Shown: positions 46,745-54,597 of the stretch, piece by piece
How the letters are laid out: every line of letters begins with the position of its first letter
Position numbering within the stretch: the stretch's first letter is position 1
Assembly: GCA_011051715.1 (NCBI GenBank)
Contig: DRKP01000006.1
Location: forward strand, 12,729-76,728
Reading direction: 5' to 3'
Source: Sedimenticola thiotaurini
Lineage (GTDB): Bacteria > Pseudomonadota > Gammaproteobacteria > Chromatiales > Chromatiaceae
DNA length: 64,000 nt
Position numbers and translations under genes: made by a program
Notes under the pieces: model-generated
The model's database searches: none
What the model saw: the letters and a program-made list of their open reading frames with translations, nothing else
Told to the model about the DNA's origin: nothing

Positions 46745-47054
46745 TGTGACGCCGGTGTCCTGCTGCTGCCACTGGCGCTGTTGAACGGACTGGTGGGGAT
46801 GCTGGCGCAACTCTCATGGGGCAGCGTCACCGGCCTGCTCTACCTCCGCTGCCGGGGACGGTGCCGGGTTCGCCTGGTTCTACCGCGGCGTGGACGGGAT
46901 CGCACCGACCCGGGCGGGATCGTTCATCAACCTGATGCCGGTCAGCGGCGTCACCCTGGGGCTCCTGCTGCCGGGCGGGCAGCCCTCCCTGTCACTGCCG
47001 GTCGGCGGAGCCCTGGTGATCGCCGGTCTGCTGCTCACCAACCGGGCGGGTTGA
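46745..47054 (+). pseudogene. Remnant of an EamA/DMT transporter (3' fragment, frameshifted)
   Basis: One frame reads LPLALLNGLVGMLAQLSWGSVTGLLYL. After a frame change near 46850 another frame reads GAGFAWFYRGVDGIAPTRAGSFINLMPVSGVTLGLLLPG..GGALVIAGLLLTNR and stops at 47052-47054. There is no N-terminal half or start codon. Confidence 0.55.
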
Positions 47055-47915
47055 GCCGGACAGCAGGCCGGCATCCGCCAGGAACCGAATCAGCCCGGCC
47101 CCATGCCGCTCGATTGCTTCCACCGAGTCGTGGTCTGCTCCCGGGATCTCCAGCAGGGTGACGTGGGGCTGGCGGCAGGTGGCGGCGATGGCATGGGCAT
47201 CGGCCAGGGGGACGGTACGATCGTCGGTCCCGTGCACCAGCAGGACCCGGGCCTGTATCCGGCAGATGGTCCGCAGCGGGGCGATCTCGTCGAAGCGGTG
47301 CCCGATCACCCACTCCACATAGCGCATGATCAGCGCCGCCAGCGGGCGCGGCAGCCACCAGCGGTCGAGATGGCGCCGCATCATCCAGGCGGGATGGGCG
47401 AAGGCGGAGATGCTGATCACGGCATCGATGTCGGATCGGCGCGAGGCCTCGAACAGCACGGCGGCGGCGCCCAGCGAGTGACCCAGCAGCACCATCCTGC
47501 GAGCCCGCTGCGGGTGCGCCGACCGGAGCCAGTCAACCGCATGGCCGACGTCCTCGGCGAAGCGGGGCAGGGAGGAGTGACCGTGGCGGTCGCTGCGGCC
47601 ATGGTTGCGGGCATCGATCAGCAGCACGTTGATACCGGCGCGATGGAACGGGAGGGCCAATGGCAGCATCATCTCCGCGTTGCCGCCCCAGCCGTGCAGG
47701 ATGACGATACTGACATCACCCGTCGCCACCGGCAGCCACCAGCCGAACAGGTGCCTGCCGGCCACCGTGGCGATGGAGACGGCGTGAAAGGGCAGTCCGA
47801 ACCTCTCCGGCGTGCCGTGCTCGGCGATGCGCGGCGCACGAAACCCCAGGTGCACGAGCAGCAGCAGAAGCAGTGGCACACCGATGATCGGCAGCAGGAT
47901 GACCGGCAGTTCCAT
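46992..47915 (-). CDS. Alpha/beta hydrolase with N-terminal membrane anchor
   Basis: TM MELPVILLPIIGVPLLLLLLV, HGWGGN, nucleophile elbow GHSLGA and C-terminal catalytic D/H region (GTDD..., GADHD). Its last ~20 codons run antisense into the DMT remnant. Confidence 0.85.
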   Translation of the reverse strand: MELPVILLPIIGVPLLLLLLVHLGFRAPRIAEHGTPERFGLPFHAVSIATVAGRHLFGWWLPVATGDVSIVILHGWGGNAEMMLPLALPFHRAGINVLLIDARNHGRSDRHGHSSLPRFAEDVGHAVDWLRSAHPQRARRMVLLGHSLGAAAVLFEASRRSDIDAVISISAFAHPAWMMRRHLDRWWLPRPLAALIMRYVEWVIGHRFDEIAPLRTICRIQARVLLVHGTDDRTVPLADAHAIAATCRQPHVTLLEIPGADHDSVEAIERHGAGLIRFLADAGLLSGSTRPVGEQQTGDHQGSADRQ

Positions 47916-47986
47916 CGACCGCTCCGGTGGCTAAATGGACATTGTACACAGCGCCGCGGCGGCTCCCGCCGGCGGCCGAAAAGGTG

Positions 47987-48016
47987 TTGCAACCGGGGGC
48001 GTGATGCGGCTATTAT
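47987..48016 (+). promoter_or_regulatory. Putative sigma-70 promoter of tRNA-Val
   Basis: TTGCAA (47987-47992), 18-nt spacer, TATTAT (48011-48016), then a GC-rich discriminator TGCGGCC. The tRNA starts at 48031. Confidence 0.45.
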
Positions 48017-48030
48017 TGCGGCCTCTTTTC

Positions 48031-48107
48031 AGGCGCGTAGCTCAGCTGGTTAGAGCACCACCTTGACATGGTGGGGGTCGTTGGTTCGAGTCCAATCGCG
48101 CCTACCA
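48031..48107 (+). tRNA. tRNA-Val (GAC)
   Basis: AGGCGCGTAGCTCAGCTGGTTAGAGCACCACCTTGACATGGTGGGGGTCGTTGGTTCGAGTCCAATCGCGCCTACCA folds as a cloverleaf. Anticodon loop TTGACAT and encoded CCA. Confidence 0.95.
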
Positions 48108-48115
48108 AACAAAAC

Positions 48116-48148
48116 AGCCACTTGCGGGGAACCGGGGTGGCTTTTTTT
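48116..48148 (+). terminator. Putative terminator after tRNA-Val
   Basis: AGCCAC (48116-48121) pairs with GTGGCT (48137-48142) around a G/C-rich loop, followed by TTTTTT. Confidence 0.5.
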
Positions 48149-48306
48149 GTTGCCCGATACATGAAAGGGGCGCGCCGGTCCGGTTCGTCCGATATGGTGA
48201 AGATTGGGTAAACCACAGAGGACACAGAGGGGATGAATGCTCCGGTGAGCCCGTGAAGGGCCGGTCATCCCGGTGTGGGTCGGATTCGTGTGGTTGGTTC
48301 TCCTGG

Positions 48307-48326
48307 ATTCCGGCCTGCGCCGGAAT
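48307..48326. repeat. REP-type palindrome (ATTCCGGC-CTGC-GCCGGAAT)
   Basis: Perfect 8-bp stem. It is the element type that yields spurious '..IPAQAGIQ..' ORF translations (seen in ORF 48102-48509). Confidence 0.5.
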
Positions 48327-48357
48327 GACGGCGTACTGACAATAACGGAGAAACAGT

Positions 48358-48750
48358 TTCCCACTCGCAAAGGCGCGAAGGACGCGAAGATCACGAAGTA
48401 TCTCGATTCGCAGTGACCAATGCGATCGAAGGGTGGGTGAATCGCTTTGCGTTCTTCGCGGCCCTGGCGTCTTGGCGAGAGGAATAATTTCCTGCTCGCA
48501 AAGTCGCAAAGGACGCGAAGATCACCAAGGATCCTGATTCGCAGTGACCAGGGTGATCGAAGGGTGAATAAACCACTTGGCGCTCTTTGCGGCCTTGGCG
48601 CCTTGGCGAGAAAGGCGATCTCCCACTCGCAAAGTCGCCAAGGACGCGAAGATCACAAAGAATCCCGATTCGCAGTGACCAATTCGACCGAAGGGTGAAT
48701 GAACCGCATGGCGCTCCTTGCGGCCCTGGCGCCTTGGCGAGAGAAACGAT
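48358..48750. repeat. Three head-to-tail copies of a 131-bp repeat, each with imperfect ~30-bp terminal inverted repeats
   Basis: Anchor CTCGCAAAG occurs at 48364, 48495 and 48626. Anchor CTTGGCGAGA occurs at 48471, 48602 and 48733, giving an exact 131-bp period. Copies are roughly 80-85% identical by eye. Confidence 0.85.
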
Positions 48751-48849
48751 CTCCTATCCGCTCTCCTCTCTCCGGCCTGGGCGCCGTGACCGGCGCCGGA
48801 GGATGGAACTATACTCCCTCCTTTCGCCTCCTTCTCCAGGAGTCTGCCA

Positions 48850-50916
48850 ATGTCCGCCGAATTCGTTCCCAGCGTCTGCCCCCACGACTGCCCCTCCGCC
48901 TGCGCCCTGGAGGTGGAGCGGATCGACCGGGGCACCATCGGGCGGATCCGGGGCGCCCGGGACAACGACTATACCCAGGGCGTGGTCTGCTCCAAGGTGG
49001 CGCGTTACGCCGAACGGGTGCATCACCCGGAGCGGCTGACCCGGCCGCTGCGCCGGGTCGGGGCGAAGGGCTCGGGACGGTTCCGGCCGATCGGCTGGGA
49101 CGAGGCCCTGGACGAAGTCGCCGGACAGCTGCAGCGGGTGGCGGCCCGGCACGGTGCCGAGGCGGTCTGGCCCTACTACTACGCCGGCACCATGGGTCAG
49201 CTGCAGCGCGACGGCATCAACCGGCTGCGGCACCTGCTGGGCTGGTCGCGGCAGGCGAAGACCATCTGTACCAGCATCGCCTATGCCGGCTGGAATGCCG
49301 GGGTCGGGGCGGAGTGGGGCAGCGATCCGCGCTCCATCGCCGACAGCGATCTGGTCGTGGTCTGGGGCGGCAACCCGGTGGCCACCCAGGTCAACCTGAT
49401 GACCCTGATCACCAGGGCGCGTCGGGAGCGGGGTGCGCAACTGGTGGTGATCGATCCCTGTCGCACGGCGACGGCGGAGAAGGCGGATCTGCACCTGATG
49501 CTGCGTCCCGGGACCGACGGTGCCCTGGCCGCCGCCGTGATCAACGTGCTGCTCCAGGAGGGGTATGCCGACCGGGACTACCTGTCGCGCCACACCGATT
49601 TCGACGACGAACTGGAGCTGCAGTACGCTGCGCTGACGCCGGAATGGGCGGAACCGCTCACAGGCGTGCCGGCGCACCGCATCCGCCGCTTCGCCCGCCT
49701 CTACGGCGAGGTGAAACGCAGCTTCGTCCGCCTCGGCATCGGCTTCTCCCGCAGCGCCAACGGCGCCCACAACGTGCATGCAGTGAGCTGCCTGCCGGCG
49801 GTGACCGGCGCCTGGCAGTATCCGGGAGGCGGCGCCCTGCTCGGCAGCAGCGGCCTGTTCCGGCTGGACAAGACCCTGATCGAGGGGCTGGACCGGCTGG
49901 ACCCCTCGGTCCGGATCCTGGACATGTCGCGCATCGGCCCCGTCCTCTGTGGCGATGACGACGCCCTGGCCGGCGGGCCGCCGGTGAAGGCGCTGCTGGT
50001 TCAGAACTCCAATCCGATGGCGGTGGCGCCGGAGCTGGGGCTGGTGCAGCGTGGATTCGCCCGCGAGGATCTGTTCGTCTGCGTCCACGAGCAGTTCATG
50101 ACCGAGACCGCGCGCATGGCGGACATCGTGCTGCCGGCCACCATGTTCCCGGAGCACCACGATCTCTACCAGAGCTACGGCCAGGTGTACCTGCAGGCAT
50201 CGGCCCCGGTGATCGAGGCGCCGGGCGAGTGCCGCTCCAACCACTGGCTCCACTGCGAGCTGGCGCGGCGGCTGGGGGCGGAGCATCCCGGTTTCGACCT
50301 GGGCGAGCGGGAGATCCTGGACCGCACCCTGCGCGATTCCGGCCATCCCGGCTTCGACGAACTGCTCCGGCGCCGCTGGCTGGACTGCAGCAAACCCTTC
50401 GAACAGATGAACTTCATCGACGGCTTCGGCTGGCCCGATGGCCGTTTCCGTTTCCGTCCGGACTGGGCCGGCCTGGGTGCGGGCGGGGAGGAGATCCCGG
50501 CCGGTCCCGGTCACTGGGCGGTGATCGAGGAGGCCGACGGACGTCACCCGTTCCGACTGATCACGCCACCGGCGCGAAGCTTCCTCAACACCAGCTTCAC
50601 CGAGACGCCCCATTCCCGCAAGCGGGAACAGGAACCGCGCCTGGCGCTGCATCCGGAAGATGCACGCAGGCTCGGCATCGCCACAGGTGACTGGGCGGAA
50701 CTGGGCAACGACCGGGGGCGGGTCCGGTTGCGGACACGGCTCTCCGACGGGATGCTGCCGGGGGTGGTCTGGGTGGAGGGGACGTGGCCGGGAACCGACT
50801 TTCCCGACGGGCATGGCATCAATCACCTCACCAGCGCCGAGCCGGTGGCGCCGGCGGGCGGTGCCCGGTTCCATGATACCGCGGTCTGGATTAGAGTGGC
50901 CGGAGGGGCGTCGTGA
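48850..50916 (+). CDS. Cytoplasmic molybdopterin (Mo/W-bisPGD) oxidoreductase family protein with N-terminal 4Fe-4S motif
   Basis: CPHDCPSAC...VVCSKV cluster motif, the MopB catalytic core and a C-terminal beta-barrel domain (HPEDARRLGIATGDWAEL). No Tat signal. AGGAG RBS at 48838. Confidence 0.88.
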   Translation: MSAEFVPSVCPHDCPSACALEVERIDRGTIGRIRGARDNDYTQGVVCSKVARYAERVHHPERLTRPLRRVGAKGSGRFRPIGWDEALDEVAGQLQRVAARHGAEAVWPYYYAGTMGQLQRDGINRLRHLLGWSRQAKTICTSIAYAGWNAGVGAEWGSDPRSIADSDLVVVWGGNPVATQVNLMTLITRARRERGAQLVVIDPCRTATAEKADLHLMLRPGTDGALAAAVINVLLQEGYADRDYLSRHTDFDDELELQYAALTPEWAEPLTGVPAHRIRRFARLYGEVKRSFVRLGIGFSRSANGAHNVHAVSCLPAVTGAWQYPGGGALLGSSGLFRLDKTLIEGLDRLDPSVRILDMSRIGPVLCGDDDALAGGPPVKALLVQNSNPMAVAPELGLVQRGFAREDLFVCVHEQFMTETARMADIVLPATMFPEHHDLYQSYGQVYLQASAPVIEAPGECRSNHWLHCELARRLGAEHPGFDLGEREILDRTLRDSGHPGFDELLRRRWLDCSKPFEQMNFIDGFGWPDGRFRFRPDWAGLGAGGEEIPAGPGHWAVIEEADGRHPFRLITPPARSFLNTSFTETPHSRKREQEPRLALHPEDARRLGIATGDWAELGNDRGRVRLRTRLSDGMLPGVVWVEGTWPGTDFPDGHGINHLTSAEPVAPAGGARFHDTAVWIRVAGGAS

Positions 50917-51018
50917 GGCGGATGACTGCGGCCCGGCCGGCCGCGATGGTGTGTCGACGGTTCCATCCCGTTGCCGCCCGCCCCGGGGGATGACACCAGG
51001 AACCAGGGAGCAGCCACC

Positions 51019-54000
51019 ATGAGCAACGGCACCAGCCACCGACGCGGACGCGGCCGACGGATCGTCCTGTGGTCGCTGGCGGGGATCCTGCTGCTGGGCC
51101 TGACCGGTTATACCCTGGGCGGCTTCCTGCTGGCCCCCCGACTGGCCAGGCAGGCGCTGGTCGATTTCGTCGATCAGCAACTGAACCGGGAGCTGCGGAT
51201 CCAGCGCATCCGGTTCAACCCCTTCACCCTCGCCTTCGACCTGGAGGACGTGGCGCTGGTGGAGCGGAACGGGGATTCCCTGATCAGTTTCCGTCGTCTC
51301 GAGGGGGACATCGGTCTCCGCCAACTGCTGCAACGGAACCTGGTGATCGAACGCCTGCGGCTGCTGGCCCCCTGGGCCCACCTGCAGATCGACAGCAACG
51401 GCAGTGACGGCTTCACCCGGCTGGTGAACGATATCGCCACGCTGGGGCGGTCCGAGCCGGAGCCGGAGGAGACGGCGGCTGCCCCGGCCATGCCGATCAC
51501 TCTGCGGCGGCTGGAGGTGGACAACGGCCAGCTCCGGATCACCGACCGCAGCGGGCGCCGGACGGCCCGGGCCCACCTGCTGCCGATCGACTTCGTCCTG
51601 GAAGACGTCTCCACCCTGCCCGGCAACGAGGGACCGGTGCGCCTGGCACTGCGCCTCGATGGTGGCGGCAGCCTGCTGTGGGAGGGCAGCCTGAGCCTGG
51701 AACCACTGGCCAGCCGGGGCAGCCTGAGCGTGCGTGATCTGGTGCCACGCCGAACCTGGGCCTTTCTCGAGGACCAGCTCGACATCGAGGAACCCGCCGG
51801 CTCCATCGATCTCGACGCGCGCTACGATTTCGCCCTGGAATCCGGCCGGCCGCGCCTCAGCGTGGACGACATCCTGTTCCGCCTCAAGGGACTGGTCATC
51901 ACCCGGCGCGGGGGTGCCGAGCCCCTGATCGCCCTGCGGGAGATCATCCTCGACGATGGCCGTTACGAACTCGATGGCAACCGGGTGACGGTGGGCCGGT
52001 TGCGCATCGGCGACGGCCGCGCCCGGGTGGTACGCAACCATACCCTGCTCGACTGGCAGCGGATCTTCGCCAGGGCAGAGGCCTCGGCCGGGACCGCTCC
52101 GGAACCCGCGCCGGCCGAAGGGGCGCCGGTCCCCTGGTCGGTGGAGCTGAAACAGGTGCAACTCGACAATCTGGCGCTGGTGTTCGAGGACCGGGATCAG
52201 CAGACCCCGTTCAGGGTGACCGCCGGCAACCTGGACCTGGGCCTGAGCGCCCGTCTCGGGCACGATGGCGAGCGCCTGTATGCCCGTGCCGGAGGGGTGA
52301 AACTGCAGCTGGTCGACCTGGCCCTGCATCAGGAGGGAAACCGGAAGGCGCTGCTGACATTCGCCGGAGTGGAGCTGAATGGCGGCGAACTGGATCTTAA
52401 CCGGCGCCTGGTGGCACTGGGGGAGATCGGCATCGAAGGCGGCGCCACCCGGTTGCGGCGGGGCGGGGACGGAGCCATCAACTGGGCCGGTGTGTGGCGG
52501 CCGAAGCAGGCGGTGGCAACCGCGGCAACGGCGGAACCGGAGGAGGGGCGGGGACCACCCTGGTCGGTGACCCTTGGCCCGGTGCGACTGAAGGGTTTCC
52601 GGATCGCGCTGCGCGACGAGGTGCCGCAATCACCGCTGGAGCTGGCGCTGGAACCGGTGACGCTGACCCTGACCGATGCCGGCTCCGACCTGGCCCGGCC
52701 GCTCCGGTTCGGGATCACCAGTGGGGTCTCCAGCGGTGGCCGGCTGGAGGTCGGAGGCAGCCTGGTTCCCCGGACCCTGGCACTGGATGTCAGGATCGCC
52801 CTGGATGCCCTCGATCTGGTGCCGCTGCAGTCCTATCTGCAACCGCTGGCTCGGGTGGCGCTGCAGTCGGGGCGGGCCACGTTCGAGGGGCGGCTGCAGC
52901 GGGATCCAGCGTCCCTCCGGCTTACAGGCAAGGCGGCGGTGGACGACCTGAAGGTGGCAGAGAGCGAGACCGGCGAGACCCTGCTGGGCTGGAAATCGAT
53001 GCGGATCCCGGCGCTCGCCCTGACCCTCGATCCCGCTGCACTGATGGTCGACGAGATCCGCCTCGAGCAGCCGGTGGGCCGCTTCATCATCGCCGAGGAC
53101 CAGAGCAACAACTGGCAGCGGCTGGTGAACGAGGAGGGGCAGAAGAAGGCGGGCTCGGGTACGCCGGCATCCACCTCCAGCAGCACTCCCTTCTCCTACC
53201 GGATCGACCGGGTGGCCATCGATGGCGGTGGGCTGGACTTCGCCGATCTGAGCCTGCCGCTTCGTTTCGCCACCCGCATGCATGACCTGAACGGGGCGGT
53301 CACCGGCCTGGCCAACGCGCCGGGCAGTCGCACCGCGGTCGATCTGAAGGGGCGGGTGGACGAATATGGCGAGGCCACCATCTCCGGCGAGGTGGATCTG
53401 GCCGATCCCATGGCGATGACCGACATCGGGCTCTCGTTCCGCAACCTGGAGATGACGCGGCTGACCCCCTACACGGTGAAATTCCTGGGTTACCGGATGG
53501 CCTCGGGCCGGCTCTCCGTCGACCTCGACTACCGTATCCAGGACAAGCGGCTGCAGGGAAAGAACCGCGTCGTGCTGGAGAAGCTGGAGCTGGGCGAGCG
53601 GATGGAGAGCCCGGACGCCATCGACGCGCCGCTGGAACTGGCCATCGCCCTGCTGCAGGACAGCCAGGGCCGCATCGACCTGGGGGTGCCGGTCGAGGGC
53701 AGCCTGGAGGATCCCCAGTTCAGTTATGGCCACCTGATCTGGCAGGCGGTCGGCAACCTGCTGACCGGCATCGTCACGGCGCCGTTCCGGGCGCTGGGGG
53801 CGGCGCTCGGGGTCGAGGGGGAGGACCTGGACACCCTGGTGTTCGCCCCCGGGGAGACGATGCTTGCCCCGCCGGAGGAGGAGAAGCTGAAGACGGTGGC
53901 CAGGCTGCTCGGCGAGCGGCCGCGGCTGCTGCTCGAGGTGATTCCCCGCTACCAGCCGAAGCTTGACGGAGAGGCCCTTCGGCACCGTGCGCTGCAGCAG

Positions 54001-54432
54001 CGACTGCTGCGGAAGATGGGGGTGGAGGTGGAGCCCGGGCGGCGGCTCGACCCGGTCAGTCTGTCGGACCGGCGGGTGCGCAAGGCGCTGGAGGCGCTGT
54101 ACGTCGAGCAGTTCGGGGCCGACCGGCTGGCGGCTGCGAGGCAGGCGCTGCAGCCGAAGCCGGGCAAGGGCGGCAAGGATGGCAAGGGCGGGGCCGGCAT
54201 CGATGAAGACGCCCTCTACCGGAGACTCCAGGAAGAGCTGCTGGATGCCCGGAAGGTGACGGAGGAGGAGCTGACGGCGCTGGCCCGCGGGCGCGGCCAG
54301 GCGATCCTGCAGGAGCTGACCGGGCGGGACGGACTGCCACCGGAGCGGGTGAAGCTGAAACCCCCGGCGGCATCGCCCGACGGGGATGGCGGCGAAGGGG
54401 TGGCGGTGAAGCTGGACCTGGCTGCAGGTTGA
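51019..54432 (+). CDS. DUF748 domain-containing large membrane-anchored protein (AsmA-like architecture)
   Basis: N-terminal anchor RIVLWSLAGILLLGLTGYTLGGFLLAP and repeated DUF748-like modules (e.g. L.I.RI.F.PF.L...L.DV.L). 1137 aa. GGGAG RBS. Confidence 0.8.
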   Translation: MSNGTSHRRGRGRRIVLWSLAGILLLGLTGYTLGGFLLAPRLARQALVDFVDQQLNRELRIQRIRFNPFTLAFDLEDVALVERNGDSLISFRRLEGDIGLRQLLQRNLVIERLRLLAPWAHLQIDSNGSDGFTRLVNDIATLGRSEPEPEETAAAPAMPITLRRLEVDNGQLRITDRSGRRTARAHLLPIDFVLEDVSTLPGNEGPVRLALRLDGGGSLLWEGSLSLEPLASRGSLSVRDLVPRRTWAFLEDQLDIEEPAGSIDLDARYDFALESGRPRLSVDDILFRLKGLVITRRGGAEPLIALREIILDDGRYELDGNRVTVGRLRIGDGRARVVRNHTLLDWQRIFARAEASAGTAPEPAPAEGAPVPWSVELKQVQLDNLALVFEDRDQQTPFRVTAGNLDLGLSARLGHDGERLYARAGGVKLQLVDLALHQEGNRKALLTFAGVELNGGELDLNRRLVALGEIGIEGGATRLRRGGDGAINWAGVWRPKQAVATAATAEPEEGRGPPWSVTLGPVRLKGFRIALRDEVPQSPLELALEPVTLTLTDAGSDLARPLRFGITSGVSSGGRLEVGGSLVPRTLALDVRIALDALDLVPLQSYLQPLARVALQSGRATFEGRLQRDPASLRLTGKAAVDDLKVAESETGETLLGWKSMRIPALALTLDPAALMVDEIRLEQPVGRFIIAEDQSNNWQRLVNEEGQKKAGSGTPASTSSSTPFSYRIDRVAIDGGGLDFADLSLPLRFATRMHDLNGAVTGLANAPGSRTAVDLKGRVDEYGEATISGEVDLADPMAMTDIGLSFRNLEMTRLTPYTVKFLGYRMASGRLSVDLDYRIQDKRLQGKNRVVLEKLELGERMESPDAIDAPLELAIALLQDSQGRIDLGVPVEGSLEDPQFSYGHLIWQAVGNLLTGIVTAPFRALGAALGVEGEDLDTLVFAPGETMLAPPEEEKLKTVARLLGERPRLLLEVIPRYQPKLDGEALRHRALQQRLLRKMGVEVEPGRRLDPVSLSDRRVRKALEALYVEQFGADRLAAARQALQPKPGKGGKDGKGGAGIDEDALYRRLQEELLDARKVTEEELTALARGRGQAILQELTGRDGLPPERVKLKPPAASPDGDGGEGVAVKLDLAAG

Positions 54433-54519
54433 ACTGCGTCCCAGGATCCTTACAATAGACCAGTTGATGAATCAGCGGCCGTTCCCAGGATGAGAGGGAA
54501 CGGCAGGGCTGTGTCTCCG

Positions 54520-54546
54520 CCGGGCCCGGACAGGGCCCGGTTTTTT
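54520..54546 (+). terminator. Rho-independent terminator downstream of the DUF748 gene
   Basis: CCGGGCCC (54520-54527) / GGGCCCGG (54533-54540), 5-nt loop, TTTTTT (54541-54546). Confidence 0.7.
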
Positions 54547-54552
54547 GTTCAA

Positions 54553-54573
54553 GTGGCCTCTCGTATGGGCCAC
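54553..54573 (+). promoter_or_regulatory. Candidate thrS translational operator: tRNA-Thr anticodon-arm mimic
   Basis: Stem GTGGCCT / GGGCCAC (6 Watson-Crick pairs plus a closing U-G) encloses the 7-nt loop CUCGUAU (U33-like U, CGU, A37-like A). It lies 25 nt upstream of the thrS ATG. Confidence 0.45.
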
Positions 54574-54597
54574 CACTGGAAGCTCGAGAGTCGTACC

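Noticed and set aside
48358-48750. Possible CRISPR array.
   Set aside because: The 131-bp units are contiguous, with no unique spacers between short repeats. The unit length is far above CRISPR repeat size, and no cas genes are in the window.
48031-48850. Genomic island integrated at tRNA-Val (and likewise at tRNA-Pro, 62188-62264).
   Set aside because: No integrase, recombinase or mobility gene lies next to either tRNA. I did not spot a direct repeat of the tRNA 3' end. Downstream genes have the same GC-rich composition as the rest of the window.
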